Below are positions 19,462-29,019 of a stretch of DNA of 64,000 nucleotides, piece by piece. The notes under the pieces are model-generated. The model had not been told where the DNA came from, did not search any database, and worked only from the letters and a program-made list of their open reading frames with translations. The position numbers and the translations under genes are program-made. Numbering within the stretch: position 1 is the stretch's first letter; the number at the start of each line of letters is the position of its first letter. Source of the stretch: an uncultured Dehalococcoidia bacterium (GTDB taxonomy: Bacteria > Chloroflexota > Dehalococcoidia > Lucifugimonadales > Australimonadaceae); assembly GCA_937901475.1 (NCBI GenBank), contig CALGTL010000079.1:4600-68599 (forward strand), read 5' to 3'.

Positions 19462-21183
19462 TTAGTCGCGACGGCCGAACCGAAGCCATGGGCTGCGTTT
19501 GGCTGGCCCGGCGCTGGGTGGTCTAGTGTGCGTTGAGCGAGGGGAATCATTCTGCTCAGTTTCGTGTAGCGGAGGGCGCGGGGCGGCAAAGGTGCCACGG
19601 CGCCGAGGATCCTGGCGCGTTCCCTCAGGACGCGGCTGGCGGGTCTGTCGTTGCGTAGATTGCCTTTGGGCTGCCTCAGGACGAGGGGAAGACTCTTTCG
19701 TGGTTCCCGGACCACTTTGGGTCCATCGTTTTATGGTGAACGTGAAGTCGAACCCGCGCTCAAGCTCTCGCCATTTTTTTTCATCCTCAGGTGCCACGAA
19801 TGTTATCGCCTCGCCATCCTTACCCATGCGTCCCGTTCGACCAACGCGGTGAGTGAACAACTGGAGAGAGTCAGGGAGATCGAAGTTGATTACCTGTGCG
19901 ATGCCCTCCACATCTAGCCCGCGTGCTGCAACGTTCGTAGCTACTAATACAGGTGTGACCCCAGAGCGGAAGTCGGCCATGACCTTCTCCCGCGCATTCT
20001 GGCTCATATTGCCCTGGAGTGGACCGACTGGGTAACCGAGATCGACGAGTTGTTTTGCTAGTTTCTTTACACCATGCTTAGTTTTCCCGAACACGATAAT
20101 CGGGGCACCGCCACGTTGATTAAGTAGTGTCTGCAACGCCGGCATCTTCTCGGCTTTATCAATTCGATAGATCAGATGCTCAATCTTAAGTCCCTCTCCC
20201 TCGGCGGAGGCAACTTGGATGGTCTTGGCATCCCGTAGATGCTTGTGCGCAGTCTTTTCTACCCAGTCGGGGAGAGTAGCCGAAAAAAGCGCGGTTTGGC
20301 GTTTCGTTGGGGTTGCCGAGATGATTGATTCGACATCGCGAGCAAACCCGCGGTCGAGCATCTCGTCTGCTTCATCGAGCACCAACATACGCACAGAACC
20401 TAGCGCTAAATTACCCTGACGCAGGTGATCCAGTGTTCGCCCTGGTGTACCGACGATTATCTGCGCGCCCTTCTGCAGCGCCCGCTTCTCACTGCCTACT
20501 GGGCGCCCACCGTACAATAGCATCACTGCGACCCGACCTTCCGACACTTCATCAAGCACCGACGCCACCTGAATCGCGAGTTCACGAGTGGGTACGAGCA
20601 CGAGCCCTTGTACGCCACGTATCGAACTATCACAGCCCTCGACCAAGGGGATACCGAATGCTAGCGTCTTGCCAGAGCCCGTCATCGCTTGGCCAACGAT
20701 ATCTCTCCCCTGGTTCAGCCAGGGAATTGCCTGTTCTTGGATAGGTGTCGGGGACGCGATGCCCATGCGGCTCAATGCTGAGCGAGTGCGTGCTTGAATG
20801 TTGAGACCAGCAAAGATTTCAGAAATGGCCGTACTGCCTACGCCGTCGGCGAGCGGAGCCTGTTCGCTGGACTTGGAGGTAACTCCAACCCCAGAAACCT
20901 TGGGATAATTGCGGCTCTCCTCTCGCACTGAATTTGCCTGGCGACCGGGTTTTCGGGAAGGAAGAATGCTTGAGGACCGGTCCTTCGCGTTGCCGTTATT
21001 GCGGTCGCTGTAACAGGAGAGGCAATAGCCTGGGCGCTCAGCGGTCGGCTTGAAGGGCAGCATAGTAGGTGTACCGCAGCTAGCGCAGATGGCCTCGTGT
21101 AGCGCTCTCGTCTGGCTTCCTCGCCTTGGTGCGCTTTCATTCGCTCTATTTTCTGGTTGATTTGAAATAATGTTTGACGACAT
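19462..21183 (-). CDS. DEAD-box ATP-dependent RNA helicase with N-terminal CxxC-x17-CxxC zinc ribbon and basic C-terminal tail
   Basis: Core motifs PTPIQ, AMTGSGKT, VLDEADEML, SAT and HRVGRTGR. N-terminal CASC-(17 aa)-CLSC. The C-terminal ~95 aa are rich in Arg/Pro/Gln/Thr. Confidence 0.9.
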   Translation of the reverse strand: MSSNIISNQPENRANESAPRRGSQTRALHEAICASCGTPTMLPFKPTAERPGYCLSCYSDRNNGNAKDRSSSILPSRKPGRQANSVREESRNYPKVSGVGVTSKSSEQAPLADGVGSTAISEIFAGLNIQARTRSALSRMGIASPTPIQEQAIPWLNQGRDIVGQAMTGSGKTLAFGIPLVEGCDSSIRGVQGLVLVPTRELAIQVASVLDEVSEGRVAVMLLYGGRPVGSEKRALQKGAQIIVGTPGRTLDHLRQGNLALGSVRMLVLDEADEMLDRGFARDVESIISATPTKRQTALFSATLPDWVEKTAHKHLRDAKTIQVASAEGEGLKIEHLIYRIDKAEKMPALQTLLNQRGGAPIIVFGKTKHGVKKLAKQLVDLGYPVGPLQGNMSQNAREKVMADFRSGVTPVLVATNVAARGLDVEGIAQVINFDLPDSLQLFTHRVGRTGRMGKDGEAITFVAPEDEKKWRELERGFDFTFTIKRWTQSGPGTTKESSPRPEAAQRQSTQRQTRQPRPEGTRQDPRRRGTFAAPRPPLHETEQNDSPRSTHTRPPSAGPAKRSPWLRFGRRD

Positions 21184-21484
21184 GGGTCGACTTACCTCCT
21201 AGGTTGGTAGGCAAGTCAGTCAGTGCTGCGCAGAATAGGGAAACCCGGGAGGGGAAGGACGATCCGTTGCCAAGTCTGGCCGAAAGCGGATCACCGATCG
21301 TCAGTGCCTTACCCTAGGTAGGATAGCAGGTACGATTCGGCAAAAGGGCAATCTAGGTAACCGGCCAGCGCTACATTACTGCACGGTGGAGGAGGAGCGT
21401 TTGCGGCGACAGATCACGCCTAGTACAGTATTCCATGCTGGCAAATAATGGCTGGCGAAGCGCCCCTAAGGAGAAGTGTGAGTA

Positions 21485-22630
21485 ATGACCACCTCTGAGA
21501 ATTTCACCCCTGATAAAGACCTTCCAATTCTGTCCGCAGTAGACGCCTACCAGACGTTCATTGAATCCGAGGGTATCCCTATTGTCACGGGATTCTTCGT
21601 GGAAGATTTGAATACAGTGGAGGTTAAGCCCTGGGCGCGCGTCGGCGGCAACGGCGCGTATGTTGACCTAGACGGAAACGGCCATACTAACGATGCATAC
21701 GTCTGCGAGATCCCGCCGGGAAAGTCGCTCAACCCGGAGCGCCACATGTTCGAGAAACTGATTTACGTGCTTAGCGGTCGCGGTGCAACCGCCATTACCT
21801 TGGGCGAGCACCAGCAAACGTTCGAGTGGGGCCCTGGTAGTGTCTTTTCCATCCCCGTCAACGCCAAACACCAACACTTCAATGGCAGTGGTGCTGAAGC
21901 CGTGCGATTTGTGGCTGTCACCACCGCACCGATAGTGATGAGCATCTTCAATAGTGTGAAGTTCGTCTTTGATAACGACTTTGTTTTCGACGACCGGTTC
22001 ACCAGCGATAAGCAGAACACTGGAGATGGCACGCTCTGGCAGAGCACGACAGGACGGCACGTCTGGGAAACTAATTTCGTACCTGATGTCGTCAATTTCA
22101 AGCTCTTTTCTCTGCCACGGAGAGGAGCTGGGGGGTCTAACGTTACCTTTGAGCTTGGTTACAATTCACTGGCAGCCCATATATCTGAGTTCCCAATAGG
22201 CACGTACAAAAAAGCGCACTGGCATGGCCCCGGCGCCCACGTGTTCGTGCTGTCAGGGCAGGGATACAGCCTGCTTTGGCCCAAGGACGGTAAGCGCGAA
22301 GACCGAATTCGTGTGGACTGGAAGCCAGGAGCCTTGGTCGTCCCCCCGAACGAATGGTTCCACCAGCACTTCAATGGTGGAGCGCAACCTGCAAGGTACC
22401 TTGCCCTCCGATGGGGTAGTCACCGCTACGGCAAGATTGCAGGGATTACCCCCAGCACTGAAGGTGCAGACAAGAGCCTTGAGGATGGTGGCAGTCAAAT
22501 CGAATATAGCTTCGAAGATCCCACAGTGCTCGACGAGTTTGAGGAAGAGTGCATCAAGAATGGAGCGAAACCGCAGATGCGAGATTTCTTTCCGAGCCGC
22601 ACCTCATTTACAGTGAGTATCAAGCTCTAG
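21485..22630 (+). CDS. Bicupin protein, paralogue 2
   Basis: 381 aa. Blocks ERHMFEKLIYVLSGRG, FEWGPGSVFSIP, GTYKKAHWHGPGAHV and EWFHQHFNGGAQPARYLAL. Confidence 0.75.
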   Translation: MTTSENFTPDKDLPILSAVDAYQTFIESEGIPIVTGFFVEDLNTVEVKPWARVGGNGAYVDLDGNGHTNDAYVCEIPPGKSLNPERHMFEKLIYVLSGRGATAITLGEHQQTFEWGPGSVFSIPVNAKHQHFNGSGAEAVRFVAVTTAPIVMSIFNSVKFVFDNDFVFDDRFTSDKQNTGDGTLWQSTTGRHVWETNFVPDVVNFKLFSLPRRGAGGSNVTFELGYNSLAAHISEFPIGTYKKAHWHGPGAHVFVLSGQGYSLLWPKDGKREDRIRVDWKPGALVVPPNEWFHQHFNGGAQPARYLALRWGSHRYGKIAGITPSTEGADKSLEDGGSQIEYSFEDPTVLDEFEEECIKNGAKPQMRDFFPSRTSFTVSIKL

Positions 22631-22658
22631 CAGACCTAACAGATAAACATAATCGAGA

Positions 22659-22695
22659 TGAGGGCCTGTTATCCCAACAGGCCCTCACTTTTTCT
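22659..22695 (+). terminator. Rho-independent terminator
   Basis: tgagggcctgtt-atccc-aacaggccctca forms a perfect 12-bp stem followed by cTTTTTcT. It begins 29 nt after the bicupin stop. Confidence 0.88.
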
Positions 22696-23102
22696 ACATC
22701 AGCAATTTCAAGTGTCGAACAAGCCAATTGGTCGAGAACTAAATATCAACGTGCTGTAGCGCACACCTGTACCTCAATATGCCCGCACATCTCCTCCCGA
22801 TGGTGCGGCCCATATTTTGTATTTGTACAAAGCATGCAGCCTCCAAAATCGAGCGTGTGCCCAACTCTCCTTTCCCCTGCTCGTTGGAATGCTCGGGGCG
22901 CATAGGTTTTATGTTGAAAAGAAGTAAGCAAGAACCTCCAGAGTGCCATCTCTGGATGGATTGGGTTTGTCGCAATGGATAGATTGGGTTATTACCGTTG
23001 CCCAAAGCCTCAAGAACAGTGAAAGTTGCCGGTAAAGGCCTCGTCGCGAGGCTGTAAGGTTCTGATTCTGTGACTTGAAATCGCACAGCAATCAGAGTGG
23101 AG

Positions 23103-23810
23103 TCAGTACTGGCAGGCCTGCGGTAACCAGTCAAGCAGCAATGTATGAACGTCTTCACGAGCCTCACGCAGACCGTGGTCGGCACCTTCCATAATCACGA
23201 GGCGTTTTGGCTTGAATGCCCAGTCGTAGATGTCCTGTGCCGTACTGGAGGGAATCACCCCGTCGCGGTCACCATGGATGAGCAGAAGTGGCCGCGGTGA
23301 GAGAAGCACGACATCCTCAGCACCGAAACTCTGACTAGACATTGCGACTACAGCCCGAACGTGCGTTGTATACCGGGCGACGCTTATAGCGACAGCTCCG
23401 CCAAATGAATGCCCAACGACTGAGACTCGCTCGTAGCCTTGGGTTGCAAGATGCCAGACCGCGATCAACGCATCCAGAGTAGACTCATCGAGATTAGCTG
23501 GGTGTCGATAGCTCAGCCTCAACCCTGCAACACCTTGCATTGCGAGAGCATCAGCGACGTCAGCGAAGAGGCCATTAGCAGGCCCTCCGAAGCCGCCACG
23601 AGCGCCTGTGAGATAGAGAATCGCTGTGCCTGAGGATTCTCCTTGAGGCGAGTGGAAGAGGCAAGGGAAATCGCCCCTTGTAGCATGGATGCGTATTCCG
23701 AGTGCGCGGCCTTCAGCGACTTCAGGTGCATCGCTCGCGCCCAGCAACTCAATGTTGTAGCGCTCATAGAGAGGGGCGCGCTCGCCCCCCTCTTCTGGCC
23801 CAAAAACCAC
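23103..23810 (-). CDS. Alpha/beta hydrolase (dienelactone-hydrolase-like)
   Basis: 235 aa. Nucleophile elbow VVGHSFGG, later IHGDRDGV and ADHGL (Ser-Asp-His order). The GTG start lies 8 nt after the stop of bicupin paralogue 3, so the two are probably co-transcribed. Confidence 0.75.
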   Translation of the reverse strand: MVFGPEEGGERAPLYERYNIELLGASDAPEVAEGRALGIRIHATRGDFPCLFHSPQGESSGTAILYLTGARGGFGGPANGLFADVADALAMQGVAGLRLSYRHPANLDESTLDALIAVWHLATQGYERVSVVGHSFGGAVAISVARYTTHVRAVVAMSSQSFGAEDVVLLSPRPLLLIHGDRDGVIPSSTAQDIYDWAFKPKRLVIMEGADHGLREAREDVHTLLLDWLPQACQY

Positions 23811-23818
23811 TGCGCTGC

Positions 23819-24979
23819 CTAGGGTTCTTCCGAGAGGTGCGCACCGAAAATCTCAGCGCCGGCCTCTTCGTTCGAGGAGTATTCCCAATTGAACTCGCGA
23901 TCCGTGTATGCGCCAGGAGGCATAAGGCTTTCTCCTCCGCGTTTGGCGACCTCGGCCATGAACATATCGCGAATCCAAGGATCTTCGTCCGGGTACTCGA
24001 TTTGGTCCTCGCGGGGCACGAAATTCTCGTTACCAGGTCGAGTTTGCTTCAACGGGGAAAGCGCTAAGTACCTCGCGGGTACCTGGGACACATTGAAGTG
24101 TTGGTGAAACCAGCGATTCGGGGGCACGAACATGCTGGCCTCATGCCATGGCACTACAACCTTATCCTCCCCATCAGGCCACATGACTGAGAAACCTTCT
24201 CCGGACGGGATGATGATGACGACGCCAGGTCCGTGTCGATGGCCCTTCTTGTAAGTACCTGAAGGGAATACGGACATGTGGCCTCCCATTACGGAATTGG
24301 GGAACTCAATGTCTACCACATGGCCTCCTCCTCCCCGTTGGCGGTGAGGCACGAGACCGTCCCACCCCGCAAGGTCGGTGAAGAAGTTGCCACGCCACGT
24401 GGCCCCACGGCCGCCTTCCGATCGTGTGGCCACCGAGTAGGCTTCGCTGCTGCCGTCAGCCGCTAACAAGCCTGGGTCCATGTAGGTGTCAGCGTAGAAG
24501 AACTTAGGGTCCGGGAACATCTCCATCGCCAACGGCATGTAATTGTTTGCGACGATGCGTGCAGGTTGGTCGCCCCTAGCATTGCTGTGCTGGCGATATA
24601 CACCCTGCGGGATGCAGAAAAGGCTACGTGGGCCCCATTCGAAAGAATGCTTCTTCCCTTCGTCGGTCCATACCGTAGTTATACCGTGACCTGCCACTAC
24701 GAAAATTGTCTCATCCAGAGCGAACCGGGTTGGCGTCATCGACCCACCACCGGGAATCTCCATTACGCATGCACCTGTAACACCGTGCATGCCTTCTAGC
24801 TGAATCATCGCAGCGTTGCATTGCATCTCTTCCCAAGGGGCTAACTCTGCTTTGCGAAGGTCCTCGATGAAGTAGCCCGTATGAACCGGCAGCCCCAAAG
24901 CATCAAGCCATTTGTCATATGCATATCCTGTGTGGCGACCAACCCCGATACGGGGCGTGCTGTATATGGAACCTGCCAT
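23819..24979 (-). CDS. Bicupin protein, paralogue 3
   Basis: Start moved to ATG 24979 (MAGSIYST...), preceded by TTGGAGGGAAAC. This gives 386 aa (387 codons with stop), close to paralogues 2 and 4. Blocks FEWGPRSLFCIP, GTYKKGHRHGPGVVI and RWFHQHFNVSQVPARYLAL. Confidence 0.75.
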   Translation of the reverse strand: MAGSIYSTPRIGVGRHTGYAYDKWLDALGLPVHTGYFIEDLRKAELAPWEEMQCNAAMIQLEGMHGVTGACVMEIPGGGSMTPTRFALDETIFVVAGHGITTVWTDEGKKHSFEWGPRSLFCIPQGVYRQHSNARGDQPARIVANNYMPLAMEMFPDPKFFYADTYMDPGLLAADGSSEAYSVATRSEGGRGATWRGNFFTDLAGWDGLVPHRQRGGGGHVVDIEFPNSVMGGHMSVFPSGTYKKGHRHGPGVVIIIPSGEGFSVMWPDGEDKVVVPWHEASMFVPPNRWFHQHFNVSQVPARYLALSPLKQTRPGNENFVPREDQIEYPDEDPWIRDMFMAEVAKRGGESLMPPGAYTDREFNWEYSSNEEAGAEIFGAHLSEEP

Positions 24980-25091
24980 GTTTCCCTCCAATTTCCCTAC
25001 GATACCGGGAATGATTCGATTAAAAGCGAGTTGCGCCAATTTCGATGGTTGAACAGGTTCTGTCAAGCCGAGAACTCCAATAAGGAGTATC

Positions 25092-26414
25092 GTGGCTTGG
25101 CGCACATCGTCATTCTTAGTTTCGTCCAGGAAAATTGCCTTCCCTATGATTCCGTCCATTTTTACTGGCAAAGCGGCTCGTGGACTCACCGTTCTCTACC
25201 TTAGTACGCTCATGGCGGGCTTGGGGTGGTCAATGGTTTTCCCCATTATTCCCCGACTTGCAGGTGAGTTTGACGTCTCCGTGGGAGTCGCGGTCCAAAT
25301 TGTGACGTTCTTCGGTCTTGGCCGAATTGTTGGAACCCCGGCTGCAGGCATGGTTGTAGACCGCATCGGATCACGCCTCGCATTGATTGCAGGGCCAGTT
25401 CTGGTCGGCCTTGGTGCCCTGGGAAGCATATATACCCCTTGGTTCCTGGTGGTCCTTGCCGCGGCATTCCTGGTTGGCGTTGGGGAGAGTCTTTGGGCTT
25501 TCGGCCGCGAGATCGCTGGGATTGACCTTGTGAATCAAGACCAGAGAGGTCGAGTGTTGAGCGGGTTCCACGGTATCCACGGAGCAGGTCTCGCTGTTGG
25601 CCCGCTGTTAGGCGGAGTACTGGCTGACTCTATGGGCCTGCGCGTCGTTTTTGTAGCGATTGCCATTGAATCGGTCGCGGCCGTGGCATTGGGAACATTC
25701 GTCGCCAACTCACGGAGGCAGGGCCGGGTACAAACAACCACACGTGTTCATGGTGTGCAACCCGGGGGAAAGAAACATCAATCACCAATGGTTTGGGCTC
25801 AATCCCTGAAGGAACTTGTGTGGCAGATTAGCCCTGGGCTACGTGTCACATACCTTACGTTAGTATTTGCTACTTTCGCGGGCTTCCTATTCCGTAATGG
25901 CTACCAAAGCTTGCTGCCGGTTTTCGCGGACGAAGAGTTGGGACTCAGCTCTACAGAAATTGGATTCCTGTTCTCTTTCGCCGGCATCATTGTTCTACTA
26001 TTGACGCTCCCTGCAGGGTTTATTATCGACAAAGTTGGCCGGAAGTGGGCAACAGTTCCCAGCACGGCCCTGCCTGGAATTGCATTCTTGCTTATCCCTT
26101 TCGCGGACTCATTTACGTTCATGATTCCCCTCGTGATCATGATGGGAGTAGCGAATGGGTTATCACTTGGCTCCCTTGCAACGTCGACTTATGATGTTGT
26201 TCCAGACGCAGTGCGTGGACGATTGCAGGCGCTCCGCCGAACCATTGCTGACGTCGGAGCGATTGGTGCTCCCGCGTTAGGCGGCCTGCTCACGAACCTT
26301 TACGGCCCTGCCGTACCGTTCGTCGTCTACGCCCCGATCCTGCTGCTAGCAGGCTTGGCGCTCGTACTAGGAGCCAAAGAAACCCTCGTCAAGAAACCAC
26401 GGACACCGCTGTAG
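25092..26414 (+). CDS. MFS transporter (paralogue of 37566-38915)
   Basis: Polytopic, with a DRIGSR loop after TM2. GTG 25092 lies 4 nt after AAGGAG; the alternative start is ATG 25146. It is divergent from the bicupin-3/hydrolase operon. Confidence 0.8.
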   Translation: MAWRTSSFLVSSRKIAFPMIPSIFTGKAARGLTVLYLSTLMAGLGWSMVFPIIPRLAGEFDVSVGVAVQIVTFFGLGRIVGTPAAGMVVDRIGSRLALIAGPVLVGLGALGSIYTPWFLVVLAAAFLVGVGESLWAFGREIAGIDLVNQDQRGRVLSGFHGIHGAGLAVGPLLGGVLADSMGLRVVFVAIAIESVAAVALGTFVANSRRQGRVQTTTRVHGVQPGGKKHQSPMVWAQSLKELVWQISPGLRVTYLTLVFATFAGFLFRNGYQSLLPVFADEELGLSSTEIGFLFSFAGIIVLLLTLPAGFIIDKVGRKWATVPSTALPGIAFLLIPFADSFTFMIPLVIMMGVANGLSLGSLATSTYDVVPDAVRGRLQALRRTIADVGAIGAPALGGLLTNLYGPAVPFVVYAPILLLAGLALVLGAKETLVKKPRTPL

Positions 26415-26524
26415 CAGAGTAGTATCTCTTGCCTTGTATGTGCGTGGGGCATATCTTCCGCCTGAACCTAGGCATGCGTTACTCTCCTACTCGTAGGTAG
26501 CAAGATTACGCGGAGGAGCAACCG

Positions 26525-27064
26525 ATGGCTCAGAAACGTGAAGAAAGCGCAACGATCGCGGGTGGTTGCTTCTGGTGTATCGAGGCAGTATTCGAACTCG
26601 TACGAGGCGTCGACAAACTCGTCTCTGGGTACATGGGAGGCACTACGGTGAACCCTTCCTATTACGATGTATGCACAGGCTTGACTGGCCATGCGGAGGT
26701 AGTGCAGCTCACATTCAACCCTGATGTCGTGACATTCCCGGAGATTATGGACTTGTTTTTCACCATCCATGACCCTACGACACTTAATCGCCAAGAGCCC
26801 GATTTTGGCACGCAATATCGATCAGTCGTCTATTACCACAGCGACTCACAGCGAGTGCAAGCTGAGGCAGCGCGCAAAGCGGGCCAAGCGCTCTGGCCGA
26901 ACCCGATTGTTACTGAAATCACAGCTGCCTCGTTGTTCTATCCGGCCGAAGACTACCATCAGGAGTACTTCCGGATGAACCCTAGCCAAGGTTACTGCCG
27001 CGTCATAATCGAACCCAAGGTCGCTAAATTCCGTAAAGCGCATATGGATGCTCTCAAGGCCTAG
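26525..27064 (+). CDS. msrA: Peptide-methionine (S)-S-oxide reductase
   Basis: 179 aa. Active-site GGCFWC, then GHAEVVQLTFNP and GTQYRSVVYY. Confidence 0.95.
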   Translation: MAQKREESATIAGGCFWCIEAVFELVRGVDKLVSGYMGGTTVNPSYYDVCTGLTGHAEVVQLTFNPDVVTFPEIMDLFFTIHDPTTLNRQEPDFGTQYRSVVYYHSDSQRVQAEAARKAGQALWPNPIVTEITAASLFYPAEDYHQEYFRMNPSQGYCRVIIEPKVAKFRKAHMDALKA

Positions 27065-27576
27065 CGGGCAGGGTGCGCTGGGAAAACCTGAGACACCTCG
27101 ACCCACTCCCGTACCTTGGCAGGGGCGACAAGATTATTAAGCAGCTGATGGATAGTCTTACCAACCGTAGGGTGATTCGTATCGCCAGCCACGTCAGCTA
27201 GCGGTCGAAGAACGAATGCACGCCTGTGCAAACGCGGGTGGGGAACAATCAATAGTTCGTCATTGATGACTTGGTCGCTATACAGCAAAAGATCCAAATC
27301 CAGAGTTCGAGGGCCATTTAGGAATGGAGTTGCTTTCCCTAGCAATCGCTCGATTGTTTGTAGCAGCGACAACAGCTCGTGGGGTGAGAGTTGGGTTTCG
27401 ACCGCGGCGGCGGCGTTAAGGAACCACTCTTGATTTGCGAATCCGACGGGCTCCGTCTCATAGAGTGGGGATAGTGCTGTCACTGTTACCCCTAACTTCA
27501 GCTCGCTTACCGCGCGTTCGAGGTTTGCGAGCCTATCTCCATCGTTGCCTCCCAATCCCAAATAGGCAATCGTCAA
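27061..27576 (-). CDS. folK: 2-amino-4-hydroxy-6-hydroxymethyldihydropteridine diphosphokinase (HPPK)
   Basis: Blocks YLGLGGN, SPLYETEPVG, RTLDLDLLLY and VPHPRLHRRAFVLRPL. The TTG start overlaps the folB stop (TTGA). Confidence 0.9.
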   Translation of the reverse strand: MTIAYLGLGGNDGDRLANLERAVSELKLGVTVTALSPLYETEPVGFANQEWFLNAAAAVETQLSPHELLSLLQTIERLLGKATPFLNGPRTLDLDLLLYSDQVINDELLIVPHPRLHRRAFVLRPLADVAGDTNHPTVGKTIHQLLNNLVAPAKVREWVEVSQVFPAHPAR

Positions 27577-27947
27577 CTGAGTGGCCCGCGTTCGACTGTC
27601 AATCGCACACCCACTCTCGAAACACCATTGGTCGCGAGCGCTTGGGGCTTCTTCACAACAACGGTTACGGATTGAACCATAGGGAATCGGTCGAGGATGA
27701 CTTTGCCGATACGGGTAGCCAGAGCCTCGACGAGATTAATTTCTTGGCTCGAAACGCATTCGTTGACTGCATCCCAGACCTCGCAGTAGTCGACCGCATC
27801 CTTGATGCTGTCTGACGTTCCCGCTGCTGATAAATCGATAGCAAGGTCTAGATCGACTACGACGTCCTGAGCCTTGGCCCGCTCTTCGGCCGTCACGCCA
27901 ATGTGGCAAGCGAAAGAGGCCTGATGGATGAAAATGGTATCGTTCAT
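27573..27947 (-). CDS. folB: Dihydroneopterin aldolase
   Basis: 124 aa. Blocks IGVTAEERAKAQDVVVDLDL, DAVDYCEV and LVEALATRIG. The ATG overlaps the folP stop (ATGA). Confidence 0.9.
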   Translation of the reverse strand: MNDTIFIHQASFACHIGVTAEERAKAQDVVVDLDLAIDLSAAGTSDSIKDAVDYCEVWDAVNECVSSQEINLVEALATRIGKVILDRFPMVQSVTVVVKKPQALATNGVSRVGVRLTVERGPLS

Positions 27948-28786
27948 GCGCTTTGGATAGCCTCTGTGATAGTGATGGCTTGTTTGCAGGCTGCAACATC
28001 GTGGACGCGGACGATATCGACGCCCGCCTCAACGCACTTCAGGACCGCTGCGATGCTCCCTGGGATACGGTCGTCGGCGGGGGCGCCAGTGAGCTCACCG
28101 ATGAACCGTTTACGTGATGGACCAACTAGTAAAGGGTAACCAAGCTCTTTAAAGGCGTTCAGATTGTTGAGTATCTCTAAGTTCTGCCTAGTGTCCTTGG
28201 CGAACCCGATGCCGGGATCGATAATTACGGTTTGCGCTCCTGCGGCTACCGCTTTACGGGCCTGGCCAACTAGGTACTCTGCAATCTCCGCGAGCATGTC
28301 CTTGTACTGATTGCTTATTGCCATGGTCTCAGGCGTTCCTTTCATGTGCATGATTGTCACCGGCACACACGTATCGTGGATTGCGTGCAACATGGCCTCG
28401 TCACGGAGGCCCGTGACATCGTTAATCATCACTGCGCCTGCCTCGATTGCGCGACGAGCGACGGCAGCGTTGCGCGTGTCGATGGATACGGGCACTCTAA
28501 TCGACTCTGTGATTGCCTCGACAACAGTAATAACACGACGAAGTTCTTCGTCAGTGGAAACCGGAGCACCGCCAGGGCGAGTGCTCTCACCACCCACGTC
28601 GATGATGTCTGCTCCCTCATTCGCAAGGAGTTTCGCGTGATTGATGGCACTAGATGTGTCTATATGCAAACCACCATCCGAGAACGAATCTGGCGTCACA
28701 TTGAGAACCCCCATGATGAGAGTCCTATTAGCTGGGAGTTCGTAACTGCCTAGACGCAGAGAGTCGCAATTGTTGGATTGCACCAT
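27944..28786 (-). CDS. folP: Dihydropteroate synthase
   Basis: 280 aa. Blocks IMGVLNVTPDSFSDGG, DIIDVGGESTRPG, IDPGIGFAK and VRVHDV. Confidence 0.95.
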   Translation of the reverse strand: MVQSNNCDSLRLGSYELPANRTLIMGVLNVTPDSFSDGGLHIDTSSAINHAKLLANEGADIIDVGGESTRPGGAPVSTDEELRRVITVVEAITESIRVPVSIDTRNAAVARRAIEAGAVMINDVTGLRDEAMLHAIHDTCVPVTIMHMKGTPETMAISNQYKDMLAEIAEYLVGQARKAVAAGAQTVIIDPGIGFAKDTRQNLEILNNLNAFKELGYPLLVGPSRKRFIGELTGAPADDRIPGSIAAVLKCVEAGVDIVRVHDVAACKQAITITEAIQSA

Positions 28787-29019
28787 AGATAAAGGTTATC
28801 GGATTGGCCTCAGGTACGCTCGGTGTCAACGCTTGATTAGTATCCCTTTGGCCTAATGTGAGTCTCCACAGGGCTGCTCTTTTCAGGTTTTTAGGAGAAA
28901 ATTAAATGCCTGATTGCTTCGCTTTGGCAAGGGCATCATTTGAACAAAGTCGACTCTAGGACTAGAGTGCCTACGCTCGCTCGCTCTCATCTGCTTATGC
29001 TCTCCGGAGGCAAACGGTT

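Noticed and set aside
22739-23185. 148-aa minus-strand ORF, and the 118-aa plus-strand ORF at 22549-22905, in the long gap
   Set aside because: Both overlap the ends of well-supported genes. They have no SD or family signal and Cys/Arg/Thr-rich composition. The gap is treated as non-coding.
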